Part shown: positions 24,201-35,619 of the stretch, piece after piece
Layout: each line of letters starts with the position of its first letter
Position numbering within the stretch: the first letter of the stretch is position 1
Origin: Chara braunii
Taxonomy: Eukaryota > Plantae > Charophyceae
Direction of reading: 5' to 3'
NCBI GenBank assembly: GCA_003427395.1
Contig: BFEA01000033.1
Coordinates: 5,042,324-5,106,323 of the forward strand
DNA: 64,000 bases
Made by a program: the position numbers and the translations under genes
Notes under the pieces: generated by a model
Databases searched by the model: none
Told to the model about the DNA's origin: nothing
The model's input: the letters and a program-made list of their open reading frames with translations, nothing else

Positions 24201-27200
24201 CACAGTCGGTCGTGCTTCCGGTAACGTCGGATAAGTAAGCCCTTACATTTATGGAAATCAGGCTGACTGCTAAGGTCAGCCCGAATCTGCTCAAGGATGG
24301 GACTGAGTTCCGGGTCCTTGGCAGTGTGCTCAATGAGTTCCTCCTTCAAATTCTTACGGAGATCATAGGAACCAACAAGGCAAGTCATGTACTCAGGATG
24401 GCGAGACAATGCATCCGCAACGCGATTGTAACAACCTTTCTTGTGCTTAAGTTCAAAATCATACACATCAATCTCATGCAACCAACGGGTCAATGTGGTT
24501 GATGGATTAATCTGTGTCTGAATCCATTTCAAAGTCTCGTGATTTGAGAACACTTTGAAATGACGACCCAAGAGGTAGTGTTTCCAATGATTTAGTGCCT
24601 CTCTCAAGGCGTAGAGTTCTCGCATGTAAGTGGAGGCAACTACCTTGTGATTGGGCATGCGTTTGCTGTAATATTCAAGCGGATGTAAGCCATCACCGTC
24701 ATCTTGCTGCAGCACTGCACCAATCCCATACAAGCTTGCATCCGTAGTTACTACGAATGTAAGTTTGGGATCTGCAATGCGGAGCATCGGATGACTCACC
24801 AAAGCCTCCTTCAATGCTTGGAAGGCTGTTGCGCATTCCCCATCCCATGTGTAAGACATATTCTTACTTGTCAACTTGGACAACGGACGGACGATGATAG
24901 AGAATTTGGGTACAAACTTACGGCAGTATGAAAATAACGTAACTCGCGGACATTGGCCGGTTGAGGCCAGTTGCGGATGACCTCAACTTTGGTTGCCTCG
25001 GGCTCTAGGCCTGCAGCAGATAGCCGATGTCCAAGGTAGATGACGTTGTGCCTCCCAAACTCAGATTTCTCCAAGTTGAGATGGAGCTGCGCATCCTTGA
25101 GGATTTGTAACACTTCCTCAAGGTGTCTCATGTGCTCCTCCATCGACTTGTTAGAGATTAGTATGTCGTTCAAATAAACAACACCAAAGCGATTGATCTG
25201 ATTGCGGAACACCTTGTCCATGAGACTTTGAAAGGTGGCCGGTGCATTCGTGAGACCGAACGGCATGATGGTAAATTCGTACAACCCGTCGCGAGTTTTG
25301 AATGCAGTTTTGTGCTGGTCTGCAGGGTCGACTTGAATCTGGTGGTAGCCAGACTTGAGATCGATCTTGCGGAAGACCTTGCACCCACCTGCAGCATCAA
25401 GCAGATCATCAATACGCGGCAAAGGATATGCATTCTTTCTTGTTATTTTATTCAGTCCGCGGTAATCGATACACATCCGTAGTTTGCCTCCTTTCTTTGG
25501 GACAAACAGAACCGGTGCACCGAACTCGGATTTGCTTGGCTTGATCCATCCTTTCCCAATCATGTCGTCAATCTGTCTACGCAAGTCTTCCAATTCGTTT
25601 GAGCCCATTCGATAGACACAACCTTTTGGAGGAGTGCTACCTTCTATCAACTCGATTTTGTGTCGGACCGGACGCACGGAAACTCCATGCGGTTCGGCCA
25701 AGACTTAAGGGAATCGATTGAGAAGGTTGCGGATTTCTGATGGGACTTCCGGAGGTGGATCATCACTTTCAGGTGCAAGCATACCGGATTGCATAGGTGC
25801 AGCCAAAACAACAGAATTGGAAGCATAGTCGTTTGGACTAGAAGTAGATTTAGTAGAGATTGAAGTAGTTGCATTAGAGGTAGAAACAACATGCAAAGTA
25901 GAATCATTATGTACAACAAAAATAGAAGGCACATGAGCAGGCCTAACAAAGGCTATATACATTTGCTCATCAACTTTGCGCCTGTGCCACTTCTTGCATA
26001 ACTGCATTGCATTGACAAAAGTTACTTGGAACTCGCGCGACTCATCCAAGAGGACTGGACTCTTGATTCCCATGGCACCTTTGACCATGAATTGTGAGTC
26101 CTTCCATGTCGTTCTTTCACATTGGGCTTGCAACCAGCCCAAGCCAATAACCGCGTCGAAGGGGCACTGATCAAGGACATAGAAGTTCAGTTCATGCGTG
26201 ATTGTGCGGTCTGCGTCAAAGGTAGTGCGCACACCTTTCTGTATGTGTAGAGGTAACAACCTCTTGGTTGCCCACTTGGGTCCGACAAGGATTCTGCAAG
26301 GTCACTTGCTTCATCCCTAAGCGTGCCTTACGAATGCCGTGCGGTGAGAAGTAGTTGGCAGTTGCACCACAATCAACCAACACACTGATGTAACGACCAT
26401 TAATGTAGAGTTTGAAGAAGATCAACTTCGTTCTACCTTGCGCGTGTTCTTGCTTCATATGAGCCCAACGCGTCAACAAAGCATGAAAGTCAATTTCTTT
26501 CGACTCCACCCAAGGCTCCTTGTATAGGATGTGTATTTTCTCAGCCTTGGAATCAGCATCAAATGGGGTCTCAGGAGAGGTTTCTTGAGTGGGATCAGAA
26601 TCCCATGAAGGAACTGCACTTACATGTTCAGCCTCTCCATCTGTAGAGTGTGCTGATGATGTCTCTACCCCCGTTGCTGGTTTCCTTGTTGCAATCTGGA
26701 ACAATGTTGGACTGAGTGTCCCGGTTTGGTGCAATGCAGGCAAACCCCTTTCTTCACCCTGTGTTTCCACTCACTTTCACTTATCTGGAGATCTGCCCAT
26801 GGTTTGGTGGTAGGATCTTCCGGTTTGGGTGGAATCTTCGCTCCCTTGGGAAGAAGGATGGTGTTAGTGTTGTTCTTCATTACGGTTCTGGGTCCCTTAC
26901 TTTTGAAGGCAGTCTTCTTGAAGGCATTCATGGATTCTATGTCATTTACATACTCAAACTCATGAGTTGACGAAGAGCAAGATGCCTCGCAGCCTTGCTC
27001 TTGATCATCATCAAGAGAAGGATCCTCTGCGAAGGTCTCCTTATCATCCTCAAGTAGATCGTGCGCTGAAAAACGGTTGCTGCCTGGGAACCGTTTGCGG
27101 CCGGTGGTCTTTTTGCCACCCGATCCACCCGGGAGGTCTTGTGCCTCTAGCTTGACTAAGTCTCGCATGAGGGTAAGCCAATCTGTGTACGCTATGAGTC

Positions 27201-27842
27201 TGAGCCTCAGGCGATGTGTTATAGTAGAGGGGACCGTACCTTTAATCACATCCAAGCAAGACTTCGCAGTCATCTCCAAATCAGGAGTAGCAAAAAGTTT
27301 ACTGACGTACTGCTGCAGAGTATGCATGGTGCTGGTCCACTTGTTGTGCTTGAGCTTGTCAAGCTTAAGTCTAGCTTTGGATGCAGCATGTGGATCAACA
27401 TACTGTTTGATCAAGAGTTCCTCGAGTGTGGCTATAGGCGTAGCCTTCAGCCATTTGTTCAGGTCTATTCTTTTATAGCCTGCTTGCACAACTTGGATTT
27501 CTAAGGAACCCCTTACGGTGGGTTCCGCATTGGTCCCTAGGACCGACGACTGAGTAACTGGGAGTGTCCCCAACACATCAAAGTAGGATCGCATAGAGCT
27601 GATCCGGGATTCAATGTCGTCCTTTCAAACCATGTAAGGAAAGCTGCAGCTAGGACCAGCGATTGCTGGGTCCGGATTCGGGGCTGCAATAGTTCGACAA
27701 GCACTCAGACAGGCACGCAAGTCCACAGGCACGCACACATACAGACTTAGAGAACACAGCAGAATGCGGGAATCTTGGCAAGGCATCCATTCCATCGGCA
27801 GAACTTCAGAAATCAGCACTGTTGTTATGGCGGGTCATTACA
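21261..27842 (-). mobile_element. Ty3/Gypsy chromodomain LTR retrotransposon 1, degenerate, 5' LTR mostly deleted
   Basis: 3' LTR 21261-22801 (TG..CA) with adjacent PPT. gag with CCHC knuckle (26665-27594), protease LVDCGAT, RT (24871-25701, YLNDIL), RNase H TTDAS, integrase, chromodomain EIDRIVEH..QYKVHF. Residual 5' LTR at 27695-27842. GAGA flanks. Confidence 0.95.
22334..22558 (-). pseudogene. rpoC2: Plastid-type RNA polymerase beta'' fragment (NUPT-like) inside the LTR
   Basis: AT-rich. IDLPI, then after a frameshift [52 protein letters not shown]. Absent from the sister LTRs. Confidence 0.9.
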
Positions 27843-29267
27843 GAGAGAACAAAGGATTCCCTTCACAAGTATCAGAGGGGCCCATACAGGTTATCTGGAG
27901 GGTCCTCGCACCAATTTAGGAAGGACCCTCCAGCAAAATCGAGGCGGGCAGTGAATACGAAGTCGAGCACTAGCTGGCTTATTATATACTCAAGATTCGT
28001 ATTCAGGTCTCTGTTTCAGCAGTTATGTGCTGCTCACTTAGCTAGGCCCTGTTGGTCTCTGCACGTGATTCTCAGGGCTTGGCTGCAGTACTCACGAAAT
28101 GTGCAGAATTAGAATGAATCTTCTGCTAGAACGTGGAATAATGCGCCGCCATATGTTTTGTCCTTTGTGCATGTGGTGAGTAGAGGCCCTTAGGGCCACT
28201 GCACGTATTCCTAAGAAAAGAAAAACGAGAAAACAAAAGAAAAACAAGAAAACGAAAGGAAAACGAGCAAACAGAAGAAAAATGAGAAAACAAAAGGAAA
28301 ACGAGACAACAGAGACTTAGTGACCCATAACTGTGATGCATAGACCTGAATTCAAATCCAGACTATATATTCTCGGCCCACGCAGACAAACTGGAAGTCT
28401 AATGTCTATCTCTGCTCCACGAGGGATCCTTGCTAATTTGGAGGGGCCCTTCGGAAACGAGACTGGACACAATTAGGACATGCACACCCACACACACACA
28501 CATGTGCACACAGTGTTGGGGTATGGGGTGGCCCCAACTTTTTTCCCTCTTGCAGTTTGATTTTCCGAAGCAAGGGGCATGTCTGGCCATCCCACCCTGT
28601 CCTTTTCAAAAAAACAAATTGTTTTTTCCTTTGGTGATGCGCCGCATCATGTGCGCGCGTGTGCATGCGCGTGCGCTCTGGCCCCATGTGCCGCGACCCT
28701 GCGCACTGGATGCGCCGCAAGCATATGCTAATAACCCCACCAACACCCCCTTTCCCGCCCCCGACCCCCCCATACACCCCNNNNNNNNNNNNNNNNNNNN
28801 NNNNNNNNNNNNNNNNNNNNNNNNNNNNNNNNNNNNNNNNNNNNNNNNNNNNNNNNNNNNNNNNNNNNNNNNNNNNNNNNNNNNNNNNNNNNNNNNNNNN
28901 NNNNNNNNNNNNNNNNNNNNNNNNNNNNNNNNNNNNNNNNNNNNNNNNNNNNNNNNNNNNNNNNNNNNNNNNNNNNNNNNNNNNNNNNNNNNNNNNNNNN
29001 NNNCCCCGCCTAAAAAAAAAAAAACCAAAAAAAAACCTGCCGTACATCCCGCCATCCCAAAAGTTTCTCAGTGGAATTGGGCTTTATTGAGCAAGTGCAG
29101 TACAGCCCCCAACTCAGATTTGAAAAAAAATCAGTGGATGGCTGTTTTCTGATTGGTCCGCAGCCCGCTGACCGGTTGGCCCTACTGGTCGGCCGCAAAA
29201 CGGTTGGCGGTCGGGGTCGGCGGTCAGCAGCTATGCAGCCCTGCGTTGTATTGAAAAAACATATGGG

Positions 29268-31616
29268 CAGGGCTGGTCCCCGGTTGGACCGTGGGCCCCT
29301 CTGCCGCCCGGGAGCCTGCCGGTCGGACCGGCTGGTCGACTGGCCCGGCAGACCCCTGGTTGAATCCAGCGCATTAGGCTGGACGGGGGGTACTGGGCAG
29401 TGACAGGTATCCCCACGACTGCCCAGCCCCCACGAGGTTGCAGGCCCCAAAAAAAGAAAAAAATGGGGCTTTTTCAACTTTTTGGCCCCCACTTCTAGAA
29501 AACAGCGAGCGGAGGATCTCCGGATTCTCCGCCGCTTATCTTTACAGATCAGCGGCGAACAACCGCCGCGCGCGTTTTCTCAAAAATTGGGGGGCCACCA
29601 GGCCCAATATTTCGATTTGGCATAGTGTGGTCCGACAGACCACGGACCAGTTGTCATTGGCATGACATACTCGTCCATCCTCAGCCACGAGGGAATTACC
29701 ATGCAAGAGCATTGGCTCTCCTGAGGTTATATGCTTGTGCAACATGACTAATCTCTGGGGAAAGAGTTGTGGGTTTGGGTTTCGGCTCTGTCTGAGGTGC
29801 AAGCCCAAGAATGGACCTAAGCTATATTTTTCTGTCAATCTATCTAGAATGCACGTGGGTCCACTACATGTATCTGGACAGACTAGCAGGCAAGATACTT
29901 TGGACTGAGGACACTGATGACCCAGCGTATTTAAAACAGGGCTCGTCGCCGGATGGACCGGGGACCCCTACCCCATCCGCGGTCCTCCCGGTTGGACCGG
30001 CTGGTGGCCCGGGCCGGTTCCCTCCCGGTTGCCAGCAGCACATTTGTGCTGGGGCCTGAATTTTTTTTTTTGCTGGCGCGTATGTGCTCCTGAGGCCTTG
30101 TGGGGGTGGGCCCTGCCCCGCAATTTCGAAACCGGGTCCTGTAGGCCCGGATTTTCAAGTCCAAAAAGTGGCCAATCTTGGCCGCTGATCGTCGCAGATC
30201 AGTGGCAAAGATCGGCCAGCACCCCATTTCTTGAGAAAAATGGGCAGAGGATATCCGCCGCTGATCTTTGCGGAGAACCGCCACACATTTTTCTTAAGAT
30301 GTGGGTCGGATAGGCCCCTTCTCCAATTTGTCATCTTGTGGTCCAACGGACCAGTTACCATTGGCAACATCTGATGCTCTTTCACCCTCAGCCACGGGGG
30401 GAGCACTATGCTTGTGATGAGGTTGTGCGGAGATTATATCCTTCTGCAACGTCCCTGCCATCTGTGGAAACATCTGTGGAAAAAGTTATGGGTTCGGATT
30501 TTGGAATCGTGACGTCAGAGCCGTCCGAGGTGCAAACCCAAGAATGGACCTTAAGCTATATTCTTCTCTCGATCTATTTCGAATGGACCTTGCTCCACTA
30601 CATGTATCTGGACAGACTGCCAGGCAAGATACTTCCGGACTGATAACTCATCTTATGTAGAAACCAACAAACAGAAAACGCTCTGCCTCCATGAGCTGAA
30701 AACTGGAACCATAACTCTTCTGCTGTCGAGTTATACTCTGGAAGAGCTATAATGGCAAGGACGTCCTCTCATCATATCTGGTTCAGCTCGTGGGGTATCA
30801 ATATCAAATGACACACTCCACGAAGTGCTCCAGCCACGGGGGGGTCGGATAAGTGAACTTGCATACTCGACTCCTCCCCGTGGAAGCCATAGTTGCCTGA
30901 ATATGTCAATAATAACCCCCTGCCCCCCTCTGGAAGCCCCCTGAAAAATATTGCACCTTGAAAATTTTATTGCGGATTCCGACAGCTCTTGAAGAGCGCA
31001 GTCGGAATCTGCCGGAAAAAAAAAGAAGATATTTGGGCACTTTTTTTTCAAAACCGGTTTCCCAGTTCACCCCCCTGGGCTGGTCCGGCTCTGGTGGACC
31101 GGGGTAGCTCAACCGGCCGGTTGCCGGCCCAGCACTGATTTAAAACAAGAAAACAAACAGAAAACGCTCTGCCGTCGAGCTATGCTCTCGAAAAGCTATA
31201 AGTTTTGGCACGGATCTACTCCTATTACGTCTCATTCAGGCTGCAGGACTCCGACGGCCGTTGGCATAGTCCAGAGCGCCCTCTGCTACTGAATTGAAGT
31301 TCTTGGGCCACGGGCTGTTGGATAAGTAACATTGCTTACTCGACCCCTCCCCCTGAAGTTGACACCTTTGTGAATATCTCAATAATATCCCCACCTCCCC
31401 TGGGGCACCCCCCAAGACAAATTGGACCTTCAAAATTTTATTATGGATTTCGACAGCTCTTGAAGAGTGCAGTCAGAATCCGGCAAAAAAAAGAAAAAAA
31501 AAAAGAGAATTAGGCTTTATTTTTTGAGAACCGGTTTCCCAGTTCACCTCCCTGGGGCTGGTCTGGCTCCGGTTCAACCGGGCAAGCTGAACCGGCTGGT
31601 TGCTGGCCCAGCCCTG
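29268..31616. mobile_element. Non-autonomous hAT element, CAGGGCT family, outer copy
   Basis: CAGGGCTGG / CCAGCCCTG termini, TSD CATATGGG/CATATGGA. Confidence 0.85.
29937..31137. mobile_element. Non-autonomous hAT element, inner copy of the same family
   Basis: CAGGGCT / AGCACTG termini, perfect 8-bp TSD ATTTAAAA, colinear with the outer copy. Confidence 0.9.
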
Positions 31617-32604
31617 CATATGGACCGATTCCCGGTTTCTGCCTGCCATGTGCAGGGGCTGTGCTAATCTTGTGTGTGTTGTTGTAATTTGAGCACATCA
31701 TGTTCCAGATGCTGGAAAGGACGGAGTGGGACCTCAATCAGTCTTTCTCTATCTTCTCTTCATTGCTCCCATTGGCCCTTTGGTTGAGGCTTACTCCTGA
31801 GAATAGGTGTCTGAAGAACTGGCTCCCAAGAGACATCTGATAGGTTATATACTATGTAGTATGTAGTATATTATGACACTCAAGAAGTGGGCATACCTCT
31901 GCTAGTCTTCCCTAAAGGAATTTGGCCCATGGCAATGACATTCTCAAGCATAACATAGAATTAAGTAAGAAAGGTCAAGTCAGCTTTCAGAAATATGAAA
32001 ATAGGGGCTGAAGAAAGGTGAAATCAGCATTCAGAAATATGACAATGGGGGCAGAAGCAACCAGCTAGAAACGGGCAGCACTTTCCAGGTGCGCTATGTG
32101 TAGCTCTCTGGAGAAGGGTTTTGAACCGTCTTCTTGTGCCTTGTTTCCCGTCCTCGACTGTACATCACAGCTGCTCACACGGTTTTAGGAACCTGTGTGT
32201 TCGGAGAAGGAGTGGGTGCGTCCCGGGCAACAATGTGCTTCAGCCCTGATCTGATTGATTGCTATGTGATCGGAATGTAAGATTGTGTTTGGCCACAATC
32301 TGAGGATCTTCAGTTCAGGATCAAACCAACCCCCATGGCCCGCTTGTTCATTTGTACCACTATCAGAGGCATTCCTGGTGGGGCACCGGGACCTGACACC
32401 TGTGGATGGCAGGTGAACAGGATGCTGCAGGATTTTGCATCGAACGGACCAGCTGAGAAAGGGATCTGTAGGCATCTGACCTCGTAACCCTGTGGGAGTC
32501 TCCGATAGTTGTGGTTTACAAATGGTGGTTTCCGTTGTGAGTTTGGGGCAAAACTACAGGCTCTTTCCTCTTCTTTCTCTCCAAGGACAGTAAGGAAGTA
32601 GTCC

Positions 32605-32718
32605 TTTTTATTTTTGAAAAAAAAAGGATCATTTCTCGATTTATGCGTGTCATCCTTGCGCAGTGGCCATGCGAATCTTCTCTGTATCGTTCCAATTGTA
32701 ACGGATGTCACGAAGGAC
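32605..32718 (-). pseudogene. Full-length U6 snRNA retrocopy
   Basis: U6 body at 32626-32718, 3' oligo(U) retained (A run 32617-32625), then an A-rich tail. Imperfect flanking repeat GTAAGGAA..TCCT. Confidence 0.94.
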
Positions 32719-32816
32719 TGTAAGGAAATCCTCTTTTTGCTGTCCTTGGAATATGCCGTCTTCTGGTGCATCCGCAGTTTGCTATTTGTCAGAATCATCC
32801 TAGTCTTTGGTCCAGC

Positions 32817-32985
32817 TTTGTTTTTATTTTTTATTTTTAAAGGAGGATGACAGCCTTTTGATCATCTTTGAACTGACTGGCCAAGGTAAATTCAGAGTTA
32901 TTGTTACTCATCTGATTCCATTGGAACTCGAACCCAGGTCTCCATTTCAACAATTTGTGGGTGTAACCAACTGAGCTAGACCAGT
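32817..32985 (-). mobile_element. tRNA-derived SINE-like element
   Basis: Minus strand has A box TAGCTCAGTTGG and B box GGTTCGAGTTCC at tRNA-like spacing, an unrelated body, then an A-rich tail (T-rich at 32817-32838 on +). Confidence 0.65.
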
Positions 32986-32999
32986 TGCTCAGCTGTGAA

Positions 33000-34450
33000 A
33001 TTGAGAAGAGGAAGGGAGTCGACGTTAGCAAGGCCATAGTTAAGGGAATAATTTCCAAGGGGTCCATCGTTTCACCAACGCTAAGCAGCAGCAACCACGT
33101 GTTTCTTACACGTGGTGCAAGTCATGTTGGTGTGTTTGGGCCAAACACTCTGCATTTGTTGGAAAAACCTGAAAAAAGGTGCTGTCGGCTGGACTAAGTG
33201 GGATTTGTTTGGTCAGCAAGATCACGATCTTCATCAGAGGTTAGTCAGGCAGCAAGATCACGCCAGGGATGCTGATACTGCCCAATACCATGGGTTGGGT
33301 GGAGGGGTGGGGCCTGGCACTGACAAACGGTTTGCTGTACTTTGTGGATGGCCAGTTCTTAGCGCAGTTTGTTTTTTCAGGTCTCCAACCTGATGTGGCA
33401 TTTTGTGAGCCAGGACCTGCAAGCATACTTTATTAAGAAATGCATCCCCGTTCTGGAAAGGGTAGGGCTCACAAAAATAGGTTGGCAAGTTGTTACAATG
33501 AATTCTTCGGATGGCACCATGGGCCGCGCCACACTGCTGTCGAAGTGAAAAAGTACAAGTGCATCTTCCCACAGAGAATGGCAAGATGCATCAGTTACTA
33601 TGAATAACAACGGATGCATCTTACCGCTTTCTGAAGTAGATGCATTCCTCCTTTTTTCGTTTTGTGGTGAGGCCCCAGGTTATGGCCCTCGCTCCGCCAC
33701 TCACCAAGTGTGCAAAATGAGAATGAATCTTCTGCTAAAACATAAAGAGATGCACCGCCATATTTTCTCTTTTGTGCATGTGATGGGCAGTGGAGTGAGG
33801 CCCTACGAGCGGATTGAACTCCGAAAGGAGGGGGGTGGAAGTGAAGAACATTTAAATTCGGACGTGGCATCATTGATTAGAGCTTTCAACTCAACTAATG
33901 CTGGCACCGGCAATGGCTGCTGAATACTTGACGAATCATCATGAAGTGTTGCGTCAGTGGGCCAATCCCTTTTCTCAAAACACTCTTCTGTAGACTCACA
34001 CCTAAGTACTACCCAGTTGCGACTCCGATCTCTTGCTGATGGGATGCACTCTTGTAGCATCAGTATCCAGACCACCATAATCTCCCAAAACATGCTGGGT
34101 TATCTTGTGGCGCTTTCCAGGTTCAGCAAGCTACGTGTTACAACATTTCGTTGACCCCACACCTTGCTTTTTTCTTTATGGAACCGCTTCAGCAAGGAGC
34201 ATGGAGAAGAGATCCAATGAACTGACCTTCCAGGTTCTTTGATTCTCTCTATTGGTTTGGCAAGGAGCTTTGAGGAATGATCCTGTGGAAGAAGAACTCC
34301 GCTGTGCTCCCAGAAAAATCATTCCAATTGAGTGCTGCACAACCCACGTCATATTGTCGAAGTACCCTTGCAAGAAAATTGAGCCCGGCAAGTGTGGTCC
34401 AGCTGCACTCATGACGGTGAGAGACAGGGCCTCTTGGCTTTCTGAAAAGA
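33000..34450 (-). mobile_element. Probable DIRS-like retrotransposon remnant (RT-RNase H and downstream domain)
   Basis: Fragments in the expected order: IFLQGYFDN (YLDD-like), MIFLG, LLAEAVP, FIVTDAS, PNPWY. Heavily frameshifted. Confidence 0.4.
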
Positions 34451-34549
34451 CTGAATCTGGGGATTAATGTCTAGATATCTGCTGGCCGTTGTGCTCGCCT
34501 ATTCCCTATTCCCTGATCTATAGACCTTTTTTTTATCCGCTATCCAGTT

Positions 34550-35619
34550 GATGCCACATTTGCCATCATATTGGAGGGAATCATTGATCTGCGTGAGGGG
34601 AATGGCTTATGTGTCACACAAGGCAGGAACTTGGATGCGTCGAATGCGTGGTAAGTCTACAGATGTTGAGGTGCGTCAATGATGTATGAGGGGCCATCAG
34701 CTTCCTAGGACATCTAATACTTCCCAAGGCCTCTGTGCGCAGGCATCATTTTTCAAGGAAAATCTTCTTCCTCAACCCTCTCTTTAGACTTCACCTGGAC
34801 CAGGTCGCTGATCGCGAATCGTATTGGTCTTCGATGCTTTTTCGCTTGCTTTACCATTTTCTGCTGGGCATGTGTAATGTTCTCAACAGCTTTCAGCAGG
34901 TCTTCGCATTCTGAAGTGCAAATTCCCTGGTGGTTAGCCTGGATTTAGAAAGTCAATAGACGTCTATGTGGCCTCCACCCCTTGTGCAGCTCATTAGGCG
35001 CTCTGTGTGTCGAGAAACACTCAACTATTGTACGCACTGGCTACTTTGGCTAAATGCTCATCCCAAACTATTTGGTTGGCTTATGTACACGAGGAGAGTC
35101 CGTTGTAGCAGCTCGTTCGTCTGCTCAGTTTGACCATTCGTTAAGGGTGTCGGCATGTGCGTTTTGGAGGCGGGCGATCTGCAGTAGGCCGCTGTCCATG
35201 CTACTCACCTTGTTCACATGCATTGTGCCGATTATAGTCAGGTCAAGGGTCTTATTTTCAGCTAACCGCGTCTTCACGCTAGGGGTTACTAACTTTATGT
35301 CCATGAGGGTTGTCATTTTCTTATCCAGCCCCGTCTCTACCTTCTCCATATCCAACAACAAGTCCTGAAACCTCTCTTGCGTATTCGCTGTCGGTTATGG
35401 GTCAAATGGTTCTAATCTTCGGTGCAGGTGAGATCCTGGAGCCCTCATCATCAATCTGGTGTTCTGTTTGAAAATACCCATGCATTTTCTGCATCAGCTT
35501 GTTCTCGGTAGGGGCCGACTCACTATTTGGTCCCGCACTAGATTGTCCCTTCTCTTCCTCACATTCTTTCTTCCCGTCTTCCTCACCTTCCTTTCTCTTT
35601 TCCTCCATTTTCTTCTCTT
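34550..35619 (-). mobile_element. Older Gypsy remnant, host of element 2; appears to continue at 44799-~45900
   Basis: Integrase C-terminal remnant (VENITHAQQKMVKQAKKHRRP). The pyrimidine-rich sequence is continuous across the TCTT TSD. Confidence 0.55.

Larger units (their letters stand above)
20958..29243. mobile_element. hAT-like element split by Gypsy element 1
   Basis: Ends CAGTGTTGC / GCAGCCCTG, flanks CTTTCTAT/CGTTGTAT (6/8). Left part (GGGTCCAGAACCCCT) and right part (CCCAAAAGTTTCTCAGTGGA) match the compact copy at 55867-56389. Confidence 0.7.
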
